Notes under the pieces: generated by a model
The model's database searches: none
Told to the model about the DNA's origin: nothing
What the model saw: the letters and a program-made list of their open reading frames with translations, nothing else
In this document: one piece after another, positions 46,474 through 54,239 of the stretch
Layout of the letters: each line of letters starts with the position of its first letter
Position numbering within the stretch: position 1 is the stretch's first letter
DNA from: an uncultured Bifidobacterium sp.
GTDB taxonomy: Bacteria > Bacteroidota > Bacteroidia > UKL13-3
Assembly (NCBI GenBank): GCA_964529175.1
Contig: CAZGVO010000010.1
Coordinates: 127,933-191,932, forward strand
DNA: 64,000 bases
Direction of reading: 5' to 3'
Translations under genes and position numbers: made by a program

Positions 46474-49410
46474 ATGGAAAAACAAGCTTTAGTAGAATCA
46501 AGAATATCGTTATTGCTCCCAATTGATGCAAAAAATGGAGGCGATAAAGCCATTGATAGCATTTGCCAATATGTATTAAAAGCAAAGGCTGATATTGAGT
46601 GTTTTTTTATTACTTCAAACAATGATTTGGTAAGTAATAATAAAAATTTTACCGAATTAAGTGGAAAAGGTAAAGCAAATGTATTAAAAGTAAGTGACTC
46701 ATTATCTTCTTCTTACAAAGAGGCTTTGAAATTAGCCACAGGCGCTAATTCTATTTGTATTGAAAACTTTAATGAGCTTAATTTAAACAGCATTATCAAT
46801 TGGGTAAATGCCAATAAGCGAAATATAAAATCAGACGCAATTGGATACACTACCCAAGCAGGTAAAAGTAGCTTTGGCAATAAAATTTATAATGCAAGCT
46901 TGCATTTTTTTACGCCATTGCAATTAAGCCAAACTTCAGTACCGGTTTTAATTGGAAAAACTGACGATTTATTAAACTTATTTTCAACTAAAGTGGTGGC
47001 TGCTACTAGCCATCTTTCTATATTATACACTGCCAAATGCAGTGCAGTAGACATTACAGATTATACAGTTTCGGCTTATAATAAAACACCTGAAAATGGA
47101 ATTGGTGGAGCTTTGTTGTTTCCATTTAAGGCCATTGCTATGCGCTATAATTATTTTGTAACCGCAGCATTAGCAGAGTTAAAAATTCCTAATTTAAACA
47201 GTTTAAAAAATGGCAATCATCCTTTGTTCAGATTGTTGTTTTTTGTACTGGTGTTATTGTCAACTTTTGCCATGCCTTATTTTAGTGGCGATTTTGGAAT
47301 GACTTGGGATGAACGCCAGCATAACGATTATTCTCAATTGTCGTACAAGTGGTTTGCTACTATGGGCGAAGATACTTCGGCTGTAGCTGAACCAAAAGGA
47401 AGCTCCGATTTTATACGTCAAGCGTATCGTTTTTATGGCGAGCAAATCAATACTGTTTCAGCAATTGTTTATACCACTTTTGGTTTACCTCAATTTGAAA
47501 CACGCCATTTTATCAATGCCCTTTATGGTTTAATTGGTGTTATTTTTTGCGGTTTAGCAGTTAAGCAATTAGTTGGTTGGCGAGGAGGCATTTTAGCCAT
47601 TATTTTTATGGTATTTAACCCAGGTTGGTTTGGAAATTCTATGAATAACCCAACTGATATTCCTTTTGCTTCAAGCTTTGCTATGTCGTTGTATTTTTTC
47701 ATTAAAATACTCAAATCAATGCCTAAACCTTCCACAAGTAATTTGGTATGGCTAGGTATGGCTATTGGATTAGGTATTGCTTCGCGTGTGGGTGCTTTCT
47801 TAATTGTGGCTTACTTTGGTTTGTTTTTAGGAATTCAGTTTTTATGGTTATTTAAAAATAAAAATAATCAACCATTTAAATTGATAGGTAGGTACTTTAA
47901 AGTCTTTATAACAGTAGCTGTAGTTGGTTATATTTTAGGAATTTTATTATGGCCTTATGGATTGTTAAATCCATTTAAAAATCCATTTATAGCATTTGCA
48001 AAAGCCAGCGATAACTCGTTTTATACCAATAATGTAGAAATTTTTGAAGGCAAACGTATGTACATGCTTTTACAAGCTCCTTGGTATTATGTAATTAAGT
48101 TTTTATCAATTGGAAATCCTTTATACTTATTGCTTGGTTCTGGTTTATTTGTAATTTTAATAAAATGGATAAAAGACAGTATTGGAATTGGTATGGCCTT
48201 GATGTTATTATTTATGGTGGTTTTCCCAATTGCTTATGTAGAGTATTCAAATATCAATTATTATAACGGATGGCGCCATTATTTATTCATTGTACCTTCA
48301 ATGGTAACTTTGGCTGCTGTGGCTTTTGATTACTTGCTAGGAAATAATAATAAAATTGTTCAATATGTTTCTATAGCTGTTTTAGTAGGACTATTTGTTA
48401 AACCAACTTATTGGTTTATAAAAAATCATCCAAACCAATATGTTTATTTTAACGAACTGGTAGGAGGAATAAATGGAGCATATGGAAATTACGAAACTGA
48501 TTATTATTCTAATTCATGCAGGGCTGCAGGCGAATGGATTGCAAAGCAAGAACCTAATAAAAAATTATTAGTTTGTATAAACAATGAGCCTTTAACAGCT
48601 TCGTATTATGCCAATAAAATAAATTCAAATATTCAATTCCAATGGGTTAGAGAATATGAAGAACAAAAACCTGAATGGGATTATTTGATTTTAACTACTA
48701 GAACATATTCAAAAAATGAATTGTTAAATGGTGCATTTCCTCCAAAAGGAACTGTGTTTACTGTGATGGCAGATGATGTGCCTTTAGCAGCCGTTGTAAA
48801 ACGTGAGGTTAACTACATGCCACTTGGTTATAAAGCTATTGATGCTAAAAGGTTTGACTCTGCTGTAGCCTATTTTAACCAAGCCGTGTTATGGGAGCCA
48901 AAAAGCGAAGAAGCCAATAGAATGTACGGTTTTGCATTGATGTTAAATAATCAATTTGATTTGGCTGAAAAAGCATTTGATAAATCAATTGAAATTTTCC
49001 CCGAAAATTATACTGCTTACGCCAATAAAGGTTTACTTTATTTTAACTTAAAACAATACCAAAAATGTATTGATGCATGTGTGAAAGCCACTACTTATAA
49101 AAATAATATTACCGAAGCGTATTATTATTCGGCATTGGCTTATTTAAACATGAACGATTATAATGGTGCTATTGATAGACTTGAAACGGCTTTAAAATAC
49201 AATGGACAATCGCCTGAAATATTTTATTATCTAGGAAAATCGTACGAAATGGTTAAAAACAATACCAAAGCAGCTTCTAATTACGAATATTGCTTAGGTA
49301 TGAATCCTAATTTTAAACAAGCTTGGTTCGATTTAGCTAATCAATATAAAATATTAGGTAAAAACGATGGTTACGACTTCTGTATGCAAAAATTCAATGC
49401 GCTTCCTTAG
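46474..49410 (+). CDS. Fusion protein: degenerate GT-A-like N-domain + GT-C (PMT/ArnT-like, GT39/GT83-type) membrane glycosyltransferase + C-terminal TPR domain
   Basis: Residues 1-245 are soluble and GT2-like with the acidic motifs lost. There are at least 10 TM helices from about 47220, with W-D-E (47305-47313) right after TM1. About 5 TPR repeats occupy about 48830-49380. Confidence 0.75.
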   Translation: MEKQALVESRISLLLPIDAKNGGDKAIDSICQYVLKAKADIECFFITSNNDLVSNNKNFTELSGKGKANVLKVSDSLSSSYKEALKLATGANSICIENFNELNLNSIINWVNANKRNIKSDAIGYTTQAGKSSFGNKIYNASLHFFTPLQLSQTSVPVLIGKTDDLLNLFSTKVVAATSHLSILYTAKCSAVDITDYTVSAYNKTPENGIGGALLFPFKAIAMRYNYFVTAALAELKIPNLNSLKNGNHPLFRLLFFVLVLLSTFAMPYFSGDFGMTWDERQHNDYSQLSYKWFATMGEDTSAVAEPKGSSDFIRQAYRFYGEQINTVSAIVYTTFGLPQFETRHFINALYGLIGVIFCGLAVKQLVGWRGGILAIIFMVFNPGWFGNSMNNPTDIPFASSFAMSLYFFIKILKSMPKPSTSNLVWLGMAIGLGIASRVGAFLIVAYFGLFLGIQFLWLFKNKNNQPFKLIGRYFKVFITVAVVGYILGILLWPYGLLNPFKNPFIAFAKASDNSFYTNNVEIFEGKRMYMLLQAPWYYVIKFLSIGNPLYLLLGSGLFVILIKWIKDSIGIGMALMLLFMVVFPIAYVEYSNINYYNGWRHYLFIVPSMVTLAAVAFDYLLGNNNKIVQYVSIAVLVGLFVKPTYWFIKNHPNQYVYFNELVGGINGAYGNYETDYYSNSCRAAGEWIAKQEPNKKLLVCINNEPLTASYYANKINSNIQFQWVREYEEQKPEWDYLILTTRTYSKNELLNGAFPPKGTVFTVMADDVPLAAVVKREVNYMPLGYKAIDAKRFDSAVAYFNQAVLWEPKSEEANRMYGFALMLNNQFDLAEKAFDKSIEIFPENYTAYANKGLLYFNLKQYQKCIDACVKATTYKNNITEAYYYSALAYLNMNDYNGAIDRLETALKYNGQSPEIFYYLGKSYEMVKNNTKAASNYEYCLGMNPNFKQAWFDLANQYKILGKNDGYDFCMQKFNALP

Positions 49411-49509
49411 TGCATTGAATTTTAGTATTTTGTAATTTGATTATTGAAATAAATTACTTTAACTCATTGATAAAATAAAACATTTTACATAAAAATAAGT
49501 TATATAAAT

Positions 49510-49896
49510 ATGCCCGTAGCTATTTCTAATGATGTTCAAATTAGTGTTGAAACTTATTACCAAAACGATAAGTTAAACAATATGGATGGAAACTATATGT
49601 TTGCTTATAGAATTACCATTGAAAATAAGGGCGAATACACTTTAAAATTATTGCGCAGACATTGGGATATAACCGATGCCGCTAATGGTTTAAGCGAAGT
49701 AGATGGTGACGGTGTGGTTGGTTTTCAACCGGTATTAGAACCTAACGAAAAATATACTTATGTATCGGGGTGTGCCCTTGAAAGTGAGTTTGGTAAAATG
49801 AGTGGTTATTATATTATGCAACGCCAATTTGATGGCAAGGAATTGAAAGTAGAAATACCAGAATTTCAATTAATAGTTCCATTTAAAAATAACTAG
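49510..49896 (+). CDS. apaG: ApaG (DUF525) protein
   Basis: 128 aa. F.Y.I.IEN.G.....LL.RHW.ITDA.G....V.G.GVVG.QP.L.P pattern. Confidence 0.85.
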   Translation: MPVAISNDVQISVETYYQNDKLNNMDGNYMFAYRITIENKGEYTLKLLRRHWDITDAANGLSEVDGDGVVGFQPVLEPNEKYTYVSGCALESEFGKMSGYYIMQRQFDGKELKVEIPEFQLIVPFKNN

Positions 49897-50978
49897 TATT
49901 TATAAATAATCATAGTGCCTGGATTTGGCATTATGTATTTACTTTCCCAATTAAAATTTGCCTCTTCGGAGGCTTTTATTTTTTTATAAAAGTAGTTGAA
50001 GTTGGTAGCCCTAACTGTTTTTATTTTTTTAGGAGCATAAGGTTTAAAAAAATCTTCCCAATGCGTTAATATTACTTTTTTAGGCTTAATTTGATTAATT
50101 AAATTTTGCGGATAGCAATTAGTAAAATTAGCTGATGCTACTTGGAGCAAAGCAATATCCACGCCATGTTCAAGTAGTAATTCATCATATAATTTACCAT
50201 CATTTATGGCGCAGCCTGCACCTTTTAAAAGCAACCTAAGGGTTATTGAATCGTTACTCAAAATATCTACCAAATACGCAAAAGTGTTTCCATCTTTAAA
50301 TTGGCCTGCTTTAACTTTCTGATTGGTGCTTGTATAATTTTTAAAATAGTTACTATCGCACTGGCCATGCATAAAATTAATATTTGCTATATGTGGAGCA
50401 TGTACCGAAGGCAACACCAATACGCGCATTTCGTTACTTACTTTTATCCATTTTGGCTTAGTTTTAGGTTTATAAACAAAACTATCTTGGTTTATAAATG
50501 GATTATTTTGAATAAAATTTTGAATAACTGTTTGTGCTGACTTATCTCCGTATATTTTAGTTGTATTACTCACCAGTTTATTTTCTAATAAATAACTTAA
50601 GTCAAATAAATGGTCGTAATGTGAATGAGAAATAAAAATGCTATTGATTGACTCATAATTATTACCAAATCTATTTAAAAAATAAGTTCCTTTATCAAAG
50701 TATTTTTGATTGAATTTTATTTTTCCAAAGGCCACCTTATAACCTCTGGCATTTGAAAAAAATGGATCAAATAAAATGGCATCTTTTCCATGTTTTATAA
50801 AAATATTTCCACAACCCAAATATTGGATATTTAATTGATTGTCAGTATTTTGTGATATATTGCTTTCTGTTAAAGTATCTGTACTATAAATGCCCAATTT
50901 TTCATATTTTTTGGGATAATGAGGAACTGAACACGAAAACACAATAAAAATAGTGAATATTAAAAAGCTAAATTTCAT
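49893..50978 (-). CDS. MBL-fold metallo-hydrolase lipoprotein
   Basis: Signal peptide plus lipobox (IVFSC) and the HSHYDH zinc motif. Confidence 0.75.
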   Translation of the reverse strand: MKFSFLIFTIFIVFSCSVPHYPKKYEKLGIYSTDTLTESNISQNTDNQLNIQYLGCGNIFIKHGKDAILFDPFFSNARGYKVAFGKIKFNQKYFDKGTYFLNRFGNNYESINSIFISHSHYDHLFDLSYLLENKLVSNTTKIYGDKSAQTVIQNFIQNNPFINQDSFVYKPKTKPKWIKVSNEMRVLVLPSVHAPHIANINFMHGQCDSNYFKNYTSTNQKVKAGQFKDGNTFAYLVDILSNDSITLRLLLKGAGCAINDGKLYDELLLEHGVDIALLQVASANFTNCYPQNLINQIKPKKVILTHWEDFFKPYAPKKIKTVRATNFNYFYKKIKASEEANFNWESKYIMPNPGTMIIYKY

Positions 50979-51134
50979 TTCGCATCAAATGTAACCTTAC
51001 TAAACAATATTGATAAAATAATATTCTATTAAAATTATCCAATTAGCTATAAATGAATTAATTAAAAATTTAATAAATGTATTGCTAATTGATATAAATT
51101 ACTTTATTCGCATTAGTAAAATTTAACCAAAGTA

Positions 51135-52184
51135 ATGAGTATTCAAACAATGATGGAAGAAATGACCAAAACAAGCGAAAAGCTTGCTAAAGGTTATGAA
51201 GTACTACAACATATAAAAGATGTAGAAATAGCAACTACTCCTAAGGAATTAGTTTGGCAAAACGATTTAGTAAAATTGTATCATTACAAGCGCGATACAC
51301 CTGCTAAAGTTAAAATTCCAGTTTTGGTTTCGTTTGCTATGATGAACCGCCACGATGTATTGGATTTACAACCTGACCGTAGTTTAATGAAAAAATTATT
51401 AGATGAAGGTTTGGATATATACATTATGGATTGGGGTTATCCTAAACGCCAACATATGTATTTAACCATGGAAGATTACATTCTTGAGTTTATGGGTGGG
51501 GCAGTTGATTTTATTAGAAAAACCACCAAAAACGATAAAATACACAAAATGGGCATTTGCCAAGGTGGAACTTTTAGTACTATTTACGCGGCTTTATTTC
51601 CCGAAAAATTGAAATCATTAACTGTGTATGTTACACCATACGATTTTAGCGATAAAGGCTCTTGTATGCTTTATAAATGGACTAAAGACCTTGATGTAGA
51701 TGCCATGGTTGATAATTTAGGAATTATTCCGGCCGATATGCTTGGTGCAGGTTTTAACTCGCTTAAACCAAGTATGGATATTAGCAAATATTTTGGTGTA
51801 ATGGATATGATGGAAGATGAAGCCAAATTGCTCAACTTTTTGCGCATGGAAAAATGGAAAGCCGATTGCCCTGATTTAGCTGGCGAAATGTTTAGAAAAT
51901 ACATTAAAGATTTATGGTGCGATAATAAATTAATTAAAGGCGAACTTGAAATAGGAGGCCGCAAGGTTGACTTAAAAAATGTAACCATGCCTTTTTTAAA
52001 TGTGTATGCCACAGAGGATAATATTATTCCTAATAACTCTACTATTCCTGTAAATGATTTAATAGGTTCAAAAGATAAAGAATTATATGCTTTTCCTGGC
52101 GGACATATTGGAGTTTTTGTAGGAGCAAAATCGCAAAAAGAATTAGCACCAAAAGTAGCAAAATGGGTTGCTGAAAAAAGCTAA
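51135..52184 (+). CDS. phaC: Class III-type poly(R)-hydroxyalkanoate synthase subunit PhaC
   Basis: 349 aa. Collinear by eye with Allochromatium-type PhaC: GICQGG lipase box with Cys, FLRMEKW, ATEDNIIP (Asp), FPGGHIGVFV (His). Confidence 0.75.
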   Translation: MSIQTMMEEMTKTSEKLAKGYEVLQHIKDVEIATTPKELVWQNDLVKLYHYKRDTPAKVKIPVLVSFAMMNRHDVLDLQPDRSLMKKLLDEGLDIYIMDWGYPKRQHMYLTMEDYILEFMGGAVDFIRKTTKNDKIHKMGICQGGTFSTIYAALFPEKLKSLTVYVTPYDFSDKGSCMLYKWTKDLDVDAMVDNLGIIPADMLGAGFNSLKPSMDISKYFGVMDMMEDEAKLLNFLRMEKWKADCPDLAGEMFRKYIKDLWCDNKLIKGELEIGGRKVDLKNVTMPFLNVYATEDNIIPNNSTIPVNDLIGSKDKELYAFPGGHIGVFVGAKSQKELAPKVAKWVAEKS

Positions 52185-52205
52185 CCATAATTTGTGATTC
52201 AATAT

Positions 52206-52560
52206 CCGCGGTCGTTGAGCGAAGTCGAAACGAATATCAATAAATGTAAAAAAGCTTAAGAAAACGAGAGTTATTGGTGAATTTTGATTTTTGAATAAAA
52301 AGCTGCTTTGAACCAAGTGTTCAAGGCGGCTTTTTTGTTGGATTATTGCAAAGCTAGTGCAAGCATATGCTTGTGCTACTAATTTAAAAAGCATCCGCTT
52401 GTACAACAAAGTAATAGCAAGCTTCCGCTTGCCTGTTTAAAGCACAAGCTTGCGCTTTCAGTGAATTAAAGTGCGGGAACGTCATCCTGAACGCAGAGAA
52501 GGAACTTTGCATTTTGGTTTACCCACCTTTTATAGGTGCTTCGTTCCTCAGCATGACGTT
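52206..52560. repeat. Cluster of GC-rich palindromic intergenic repeats (REP/BIME-like)
   Basis: ccgcggtcgttgagcgaagtcgaaacg at 52206-52232. Four hairpins share the core GCAAGC..GCTTGC at about 52355-52458. An imperfect inverted repeat has ends aacgtcat (52478-52485) and atgacgtt (52553-52560). Confidence 0.7.
52300..52337 (+). terminator. Rho-independent terminator after phaC
   Basis: 14-bp stem aagctgctttgaac/gttcaaggcggctt (two G-U pairs) plus TTTTTTG. Confidence 0.7.
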
Positions 52561-52576
52561 TATTGCTAGTAACTTT

Positions 52577-53254
52577 TTACAAACTCCAATCTATAGGTGT
52601 TTTGTTATTAGCTATTAAATACTCATTTGTTTTTGAAAAATGTTTGCAACCAAAAAATCCTCTTGAGGCCGAAAGAGGTGAAGGATGAACTCCTTTTAAA
52701 ACTAAATGTTTGTTTGGGTTAATGAATTGGGCTTTCTCCATAGCATTTTTACCCCAAAGAATAAATACAACATCTTCTTTTTGGTTAGAAATGGTTTCAA
52801 TAATTTTATTGGTAAACTGGTGCCAACCAACTTTACTATGTGAGTTTGCTTGGTCTTTTATTACCGTTAAACTTGTATTGAGTAATAAAACACCTTGTTT
52901 GGCCCAATTTTCAATATTCCCGTGGTTGGGTATTTTAAAATGGTTTATGTCGGTGGCCAATTCCTTATAAATATTTCGCAAGCTGGGAGGAACTTTTATT
53001 CCTTTATTTACCGAAAAACAAAGTCCATTGGCTTCTCCTTCTCCATGGTATGGATCTTGACCTAAAATTACCACTTTGGTGTTTTGCAAAGATGTTAACT
53101 TAAAAGCTTCAAATATTTGATTTTGGGGAGGGAAAATGATGTTTCCATTAGCCAAATCTAAGTTAATTTGAGCCACTATTTTGTGGTAGTAAGGCTTTGA
53201 TGCTTCATGCTCAAAAATAGGCAACCAGTCAGGTTGAATTTGGTTAAAGTTCAT
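52577..53254 (-). CDS. ung: Uracil-DNA glycosylase
   Basis: GQDPYHG, LLLNTSLTV and HPSPLS motifs. Confidence 0.93.
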   Translation of the reverse strand: MNFNQIQPDWLPIFEHEASKPYYHKIVAQINLDLANGNIIFPPQNQIFEAFKLTSLQNTKVVILGQDPYHGEGEANGLCFSVNKGIKVPPSLRNIYKELATDINHFKIPNHGNIENWAKQGVLLLNTSLTVIKDQANSHSKVGWHQFTNKIIETISNQKEDVVFILWGKNAMEKAQFINPNKHLVLKGVHPSPLSASRGFFGCKHFSKTNEYLIANNKTPIDWSL

Positions 53255-53270
53255 TGGGCTAAAACAAAAA

Positions 53271-53295
53271 AAGCCAAAACATTAAATTTTGGCTT
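53271..53295 (-). terminator. Hairpin terminator downstream of the small basic ORF, 16 nt upstream of the ung ATG
   Basis: 9-bp stem aagccaaaa/ttttggctt. On the minus strand it is followed by a TTTTTTTTGTTTT run. Confidence 0.65.
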
Positions 53296-53318
53296 TTTAT
53301 AAATATTTTGTAGAAATA

Positions 53319-53456
53319 TTATCCTTCAATAATAACAGTACGCTCAGTGTTTGGCGATTTTACTTTTACTAATTGAGTGTTCAATTTAATGCGTTGTACG
53401 CGTAAATGTGATTTAGTTTTATTTCTTCTGTCTTTTCTTTTTAATCGTGTAAACAT
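53319..53456 (-). CDS. Candidate 45-aa highly basic small protein
   Basis: ATG...TAA ORF below the track cutoff. It translates to MFTRLKRKDRRNKTKSHLRVQRIKLNTQLVKVKSPNTERTVIIEG and is followed by its own terminator. No family recognised. Confidence 0.3.
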   Translation of the reverse strand: MFTRLKRKDRRNKTKSHLRVQRIKLNTQLVKVKSPNTERTVIIEG

Positions 53457-53528
53457 GGTGGTCTATTTTTTATTGGGCGCAAATATAATTTTATTTATCT
53501 TATTGTCAATCTTGTTTCAATAATAATT

Positions 53529-54083
53529 TTACTCTAACTCAAATTCTTTTATTATTTCATAATTATCTGAAAAGCAGTTAATTAAACAAATTTTATTTGC
53601 AATAAAATGAATATTGAACGAATTTTCCTTTAAATCTGTCCAAATTTTGTTCAGTTTGCTTTGCTTTTCTTGATAACCAAAAAGTTGTAATTGTGGTTCA
53701 AAATTATTCAAACTATAGTTTTCAAAGGCTATTTTATTGTGTATTTCTAAAAAATATTTTAAGCTGCGCTGAAAATCTCCTATTTGTTGTTTTTCGTTTA
53801 TTTTTAAATAAAAGGAATCATTAATCAGCTCAAAACCCGAAAACTCCAATTCCATTGAAAATGTTTGGGCAGCATATTTTTTTAAACTATCAATTAATAA
53901 GAACTCATTTTTTTCGTCCCAACTAAAATTATCAGTTAATTTAATAAGAGGTAAAAACAGGTTTGAACTTTTTAATTTGTATTTTTTTTCAATTTGAGCT
54001 TTAAACTCAGCTATGATGCTACATGTTGAATTACTAGGAATAATTCCAATGCAGTAATTATTTAATGTATCTGGGACTTTCAT
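53529..54083 (-). CDS. Hypothetical protein with 2H-phosphoesterase-like layout but no HxT/S motifs
   Basis: 184 aa. Its segment pattern resembles LigT-type proteins, but the expected His motifs read LPLIKL and PQLQLF. Confidence 0.45.
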   Translation of the reverse strand: MKVPDTLNNYCIGIIPSNSTCSIIAEFKAQIEKKYKLKSSNLFLPLIKLTDNFSWDEKNEFLLIDSLKKYAAQTFSMELEFSGFELINDSFYLKINEKQQIGDFQRSLKYFLEIHNKIAFENYSLNNFEPQLQLFGYQEKQSKLNKIWTDLKENSFNIHFIANKICLINCFSDNYEIIKEFELE

Positions 54084-54239
54084 TTTAATTGTTCAATACG
54101 CAATATTTATAAAAAATAGGTGATATAATATTTTTTTATATAAATAGCTTTAATGCCTATTTAAGTTAATGAGTTGTGAATAAAACTAGGTTCGTTATAA
54201 TATTTTCAAAGTATAAATTGCCAATCTTATTTTAAAAAA

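Noticed and set aside
52143-52409. 88-aa minus-strand ORF.
   Set aside because: It runs through the terminator and the GC-rich hairpin repeats. Its sequence (…LVAQAYACTSFAII…) is simply the translation of palindromic repeats.
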